A DNA stretch of 64,000 bases from Planctomycetota bacterium (lineage in GTDB: Bacteria; Planctomycetota; B15-G4; SIAN01). Every line of letters starts with the position of its first letter. Positions within the stretch are counted from its first letter, which is position 1. Below are positions 59,671 through 64,000 of the stretch, piece by piece. The stretch covers positions 224,001-288,000 of the forward strand of contig JANNXA010000014.1 in the NCBI GenBank assembly GCA_031409275.1, read 5' to 3'. The translations under genes were made by a program, and so were the position numbers. The notes beneath the pieces are model-generated. The model ran no database searches and was not told where the DNA came from. It saw nothing but the letters and a program-made list of their open reading frames with translations.

Positions 59671-60820
59671 CTACTTCTTCTCGCTGTCCTTCTTGTTGCT
59701 GTCCTTGCGCTTCGCCCGCAGGTGCGCTTCGAGGAATCCGCCGATGTCGCCGTCCATGACCGCGTCGACGTTGCCCGACTCGAAGCTGGTGCGATGGTCC
59801 TTCACCAGCTGGTAGGGCTGGAAGGTGTAGGTGCGGATCTGGTGGCCGAAGCTGATGTCCGTCTTCACGCCGGAGAGGTGCTTCAGCTCCGCCTCGCGCT
59901 TCTCCTCTTCCCGCTGGACCAGCTTCGCCTTCAGCATCTTCATGCAGGAGGCGAGGTTCATGTGCTGCGACCGTTCGTTCTGGCACTGCGTCACGATGCC
60001 CGTCGGCAGATGGGTGACGCGCACCGCCGACTCGGTCTTGTTGACGTGCTGGCCACCGGCGCCACCGGCTCGGAACTTGTCGATGCGCAGCTGCGATTCG
60101 TCGATCACCAGCTCGACGTCGTCCTCGATCACCGGCGAGGCGTCGACCGAAGCGAACGACGTCTGGCGGCGCGCATTGGCGTCGTACGGCGAGATGCGGA
60201 TCAGGCGGTGCACGCCGTTCTCGGCGCGCAACCAGCCGTAGGCGTAGGGCCCTTCGACCTGCAGGGTGGCCGACCGCAGGCCGCCCGACGCGTCATCGGC
60301 AACCGAGTCGATCTGCTGCACCTTGAAACCGTTCTGCTCGGCGAAGCGGGTGTACATGCGCACCAGCATGCGCGCCCAGTCGCACGACTCGGTGCCGCCC
60401 GTCCCCGCCTGCACCAGCAGGTAGGCGTTCACGTGGTCGTACTTGCCGTCGAAGGTCACTTCGAGGTCGAAACGGTCGACGTCGTGGCGCAACTTCTGGC
60501 CGAGCCGCACGGCGTCGGGCAGCAGTTCCGCCCCGTCCGCCTCGCGCGCAAGCTCGAGCGTGGCGTCGAAGTCGCCGAGTTCCTTGTCGAGTCGCGCGAT
60601 CGGGTCCATGCGACTGCGCAGGATCTTCAGGCGATCGATATCTGGTCGGCTCTTGCTGAGATCGTTCCAGAAACCGGGCGCGGCCATGCGCAGCTCGATC
60701 TCGGAGCGCTCCTTGTCGAGAGCGGGGACGTCAAAGACAGTCGCGGATCGAGCGCAGCTTGGTACGCAGCGCAGCGAGCTCGGCGACGAGGGCTTCAATC
60801 GAAGGCGAACCGTCGGTCAT
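59671..60820 (-). CDS. prfB: Peptide chain release factor 2, with programmed +1 frameshift
   Basis: ORF1 ATG 60820, MTDGSPSIEALVAELAALRTKLRSIRDCL, ends CTT TGA C (60736-60730); the +1 frame continues DVPALDK... with ENGVHRLIRISPYD (SPF-like), GAGGQHVNKTESAVR and QIRTY. Confidence 0.95.
60730..60736 (-). other. prfB +1 ribosomal frameshift site CTT-TGA-C
   Basis: Canonical RF2 autoregulatory slippery-stop motif, joining the 29-codon ORF1 to the 354-codon ORF2. Confidence 0.92.
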
Positions 60821-60927
60821 GAGTGGCACATTCCCCGAGGAAGGGGCGCCACTCTAGTGTTCGGATCGCGAAGTTCGGGCGAGAAGTCGCAGCCAAGCTT
60901 CGGAGTCACGACATCAGCCCGGAGGGT

Positions 60928-61566
60928 TCACGAGCCCCTGCTCCGGACCTTGGAGGCGTGGGCGAGGATGGCGCGGGCGAGCGCCGTCGGCTCGGGAAGT
61001 CCGCCCTGCCCCACTTCGCCGCAGGCGAGTTCCTTCACCACCGGTTCGAGCATGGCGAGGCGCGATCCGTGGAGCGCAGCGAGTTCGCGTCGATTGCGTC
61101 GCGTCACGGGGTGGTCCCACATCTCGCCGTTCATCGCCGGCGCGATCAGCAACGGCAACGCCTGCGGCAGCGCCAGCAGCGTCGCGCTGGCCAGGTCGTC
61201 GGCGAGACCGGCCCACAGCTTCGCAAGGAAGTTGGCGGTGGCCGGGACGACCGCTGCGACGTCGAGGTCGCGGGCGAGGCGGATGTGGTCGATCGCCCCG
61301 TCGGTGACGCCTGGCAGCAGCTCGACGTGAACGCGGCGCCCCGAGAGCGCTTCGAACGTCAACGGCGTCACGAACTGCGTCGCCTCGCGAGTCAAGATCA
61401 CTTGCACCGTCGCGCCAGTGCGCCGCAGCTCGCGCACGACATCGCATGCTTTGTAGGCCGCGATGCCACCGGTCACCACCAGCAGCACGCGCGTTGCGAC
61501 TTCCGGCGCCAACGGCGGCGGCGAAGACTCGGCAGAGGTCGAGGAGGGGACGCGGTGGCGGCTCAT
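60928..61566 (-). CDS. coaC: Stand-alone phosphopantothenoylcysteine decarboxylase (HFCD flavoprotein)
   Basis: VTGGIAAYKA, FVTPLTFEALSG, DHIRL, PATANFLAK, APAMNGEMW, LACGEVGQGGL; no CoaB domain attached. Confidence 0.88.
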   Translation of the reverse strand: MSRHRVPSSTSAESSPPPLAPEVATRVLLVVTGGIAAYKACDVVRELRRTGATVQVILTREATQFVTPLTFEALSGRRVHVELLPGVTDGAIDHIRLARDLDVAAVVPATANFLAKLWAGLADDLASATLLALPQALPLLIAPAMNGEMWDHPVTRRNRRELAALHGSRLAMLEPVVKELACGEVGQGGLPEPTALARAILAHASKVRSRGS

Positions 61567-62270
61567 CGTGAACTCCTCCGCAAGAGGTTACGCGGCGGCG
61601 GCCCGACCGAACGCAGGGCGCGTTGCGCCGCGATCGCCTCGCAGCGGCGCACCAGGAGCCGCGCCGCCGCGGCACGCGATGGCGCGAGCTCCGTGGCGCC
61701 ATCGCGTGGATCGACCCACCAGCCACGATGCTCGGCGCCCACCTCTTCGAGCAGATTGGCGAAGATGCCGTCGGCGCCGGCGTTGCGCGCGGTCTTGATC
61801 GCCCGCGAGAAGAGTTCCGCCGGCGCGATCTTCGACTCGAGTTTGAAGAGCACGAACGCCGCGCGCGGGTAGCGGCGACGCAGGGCTGGCGCGATCTTCT
61901 TCAGCGGTCGCAGCTCCAGGCGCCAACCGCCTTGGCCGCTCGCGAACTTCCCTCGCAGCGGTCGCGGCGCGTAGTCAGAAACAGCGGCCGCGTGAAGGAT
62001 CGCATCGGGAGCTGGTTGCGCCGCAAGCAGCGCCGTCCGCAGCTGCGCCGAGCTCTCGAACCGGACCACGTCGATGCGCGGTGATCGCGGCGCGACCACG
62101 TGCTGCGCAAGGAAGAGCGTCACCGCATGGCCGCGAGCCGCAGCCGTTCGCGCGAGGCCAAGCGCCATGCGTCCGGTCGAGACGTTGCCGATCCAGCGAA
62201 CGGCGTCGATTGGCTCACGCGTCCCGCCGCCCGTGATCCAGAAACGGAGCGGCGTCGCCAATCGCGTCAC
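61563..62270 (-). CDS. coaB: Stand-alone phosphopantothenate--cysteine ligase
   Basis: ITGGGTREPIDAVRWIGNVSTGRMA, HAAAVSDY, FKLE; GTG 62270 (GTGA overlap). Confidence 0.85.
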   Translation of the reverse strand: MTRLATPLRFWITGGGTREPIDAVRWIGNVSTGRMALGLARTAAARGHAVTLFLAQHVVAPRSPRIDVVRFESSAQLRTALLAAQPAPDAILHAAAVSDYAPRPLRGKFASGQGGWRLELRPLKKIAPALRRRYPRAAFVLFKLESKIAPAELFSRAIKTARNAGADGIFANLLEEVGAEHRGWWVDPRDGATELAPSRAAAARLLVRRCEAIAAQRALRSVGPPPRNLLRRSSR

Positions 62271-63109
62271 TTGGCCGGAGCGAGCACCAGGAAGTCGTCG
62301 ATCGCCCAATCGCTGACGTCGCCCGCGAACTTCGTGATCTCGATCGCACGGACCGGATGGTAGTCGCTGGCGAGCTCGGCGATCACGCTCTCGACTTTGT
62401 TGGTCGCGAGGTCGGTGATCCAGAACTCGAAGTAGTCGACGTCGGCCGAGAGGTTGGCCATCGCCGCTTCCATGAGGTAGCGGCCACCCTTCTTGAGCTG
62501 CGTCTTCAGCGGATGGCCGCTGACGACGAGTTGGCCGTCGGTGACCTCGATCGAGAACATCTCGACCGTGGAGCCGTCCCCCGCGCTTCCGGGCAGGGCG
62601 AACTCGCCGTCGGCACTCTCGTGGAAGCGGATCTTGAAGTGGCCACCGTCCGCCTTCGGCTCGACCGTGAAGGCACCGTAGACGCCGCCCGCGGCCGGAA
62701 CCTCAAGTCCGACGCGATAGCCGATGTCGTTGGTTCCGGCGGTGCCTGCATCCGACAGCACCAACTGCTCGCGCACGACGCCCGAGGCTGGCGCCACGTC
62801 CTTCAGCGACCGTCCGCTCGACGTGAACGTCGTGATCGAGCCGATTTCGGCAGGCTGCGACCGTCCATCGCCGGAACCATCGGCGACGCCGGTGAAGCTC
62901 GCGCGCGCATCCTCGAAGAGATCGAACGCTGCCGAGGCGCTTCCGCCGAGCGGCGAGTTCCCACTCCCCGCCGTGCCAAGTGCCCACAGGATCGTGAGGG
63001 CGCAGACGCCCTTGCGCCAAGCACGGCTCGAGCCGTTGGCGCGACGCCGCCCGAACAAAGTGGATGTTGCGAGCCGAACGAGTCGGGAGATCACCGTCAC
63101 GGGTTGCAC
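62267..63109 (-). CDS. Hypothetical exported beta-rich protein
   Basis: 280-aa ORF, hydrophobic N-terminal segment, acidic beta-strand-like composition; stop overlaps the coaB start; true start uncertain. Confidence 0.6.
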   Translation of the reverse strand: MQPVTVISRLVRLATSTLFGRRRANGSSRAWRKGVCALTILWALGTAGSGNSPLGGSASAAFDLFEDARASFTGVADGSGDGRSQPAEIGSITTFTSSGRSLKDVAPASGVVREQLVLSDAGTAGTNDIGYRVGLEVPAAGGVYGAFTVEPKADGGHFKIRFHESADGEFALPGSAGDGSTVEMFSIEVTDGQLVVSGHPLKTQLKKGGRYLMEAAMANLSADVDYFEFWITDLATNKVESVIAELASDYHPVRAIEITKFAGDVSDWAIDDFLVLAPAK

Positions 63110-63337
63110 CTGGGAGAGAACTGCACCGCTGCTAGCTCATCCGCCCCCGGCGGCAACTCCCCTTCAACGCCGGAGTTGCATCGCTTTCCGAACTCTCGCT
63201 GGGTGCTGGCAGCGCACGATTCCACGGGAGTTCGCGGGGACAATTAGACTCAGAATTCGGGTTTCGTCGATGGCCTCTTTCTCGTCATCTCGCCGACATT
63301 TTCTGGAAGGTTCGGATTCGGATCTTTTCCTGCGCGA

Positions 63338-64000
63338 TCAACGGGCGTCCACCACATCCTCGCCATCCCCACCCTCGCGCAATCGCTGCAGCCGCTGATA
63401 GAGGTTGCGCTCCGAAATCTGCAGTTCCTTGGCCGCGCGCAGCCGATTGCCGCCGCACCGCGCCAGCACCTCCTGCAAGTACGTCCGCTCCTGCGCTTCC
63501 AGGTACTCCTTGAGCGGCAGCGCGTGCAACGGTTCGCCGACGACGGTGTCGGGCAGTTCGCTGCGCAACGCGTCGACACCGATCTCTTCTGCATCTCGGT
63601 TCAACACCAGCAGCCGCTGCACCGCGTGCTCGAGTTCGCGCACGTTGCCGGGCCAGTCGTGCAGCACGAGCCGTCGCCATGCCAGCGGGGTGAAGCGCGG
63701 CGGCGCGCGCTTCAGTCTTGCCGACTCGCGCGCCACGAAATGGTCGAGCAACAACGGCACGTCGTCGCGCCGCTCGCGAAGGGCTGGGAGGTGGACCTGC
63801 AGCACCATCAGCCGGTACATCAGGTCCTCACGGAACCGACCGGCAGCGACCTCTTTCTTCACGTCCTTGTTCGACGCGGCGACGATGCGCACATCGACCT
63901 TGCGCACCGGCCCGCCGCCGAGCCGTTGCACCTCGCCGCTCTGCACCGCACGCAGCAGCTTCGCCTGCAACTCGGGCGACGCCTCGCACACCTCGTCGAG
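63338..64000 (-). CDS. Sigma-54-dependent Fis-family transcriptional regulator (5'-truncated by the window edge)
   Basis: LDEV, LQAKLLRAVQ, VDVRIVAASN, FREDLMYRL, LPALRERRDD, WPGNVRELEH, C-terminal HTH GNRLRAAKELQIS. Confidence 0.93.
   Translation of the reverse strand, partial: LDEVCEASPELQAKLLRAVQSGEVQRLGGGPVRKVDVRIVAASNKDVKKEVAAGRFREDLMYRLMVLQVHLPALRERRDDVPLLLDHFVARESARLKRAPPRFTPLAWRRLVLHDWPGNVRELEHAVQRLLVLNRDAEEIGVDALRSELPDTVVGEPLHALPLKEYLEAQERTYLQEVLARCGGNRLRAAKELQISERNLYQRLQRLREGGDGEDVVDAR

Noticed and set aside
59671..60820. prfB as a frameshifted pseudogene
   Set aside because: The break is the canonical programmed CTT-TGA-C site and the GGQ and SPY motifs are intact.

Overview
High-GC bacterial chromosomal window, about 48 genes. 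It is most likely from a Planctomycetota member; this is inferred from the MoxR/vWA/PQQ/prenyltransferase-repeat cluster, the long LepB and the lepA-lepB-lptB order. Left third (1-17.9 kb, minus strand): a translationally coupled operon of at least 9 genes of unknown function, running off the window edge. It encodes a MoxR AAA+ ATPase, DUF58, two vWA/GATase-like membrane proteins, a 1524-aa TPR/PQQ beta-propeller, a prenyltransferase/squalene-oxidase-repeat protein and DUF4175-like coiled-coil proteins. Next come eno-ftsB-like-PQQ, a Tat-exported SDR coupled to an NTT-like transporter, and a divergent S46 peptidase. An O-acylation island follows (AlgI-type MBOAT plus four AlgJ/AlgX-like SGNH proteins), then OPT, ABC and MMPL transporters and a 161-bp palindromic MITE-like element. 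Right half: mostly housekeeping (apt, birA, rph, rdgB, lepA, lepB, lptB, etfBA, purH, frameshifted prfB, split coaB/coaC). It also holds a FliA/WhiG sigma factor preceded by a c-di-GMP-I (GEMM) riboswitch and a REC-HD-GYP phosphodiesterase. I recognised no rRNA, tRNA, CRISPR array or transposase. All product calls come from motif recognition by eye; no database searches were run.
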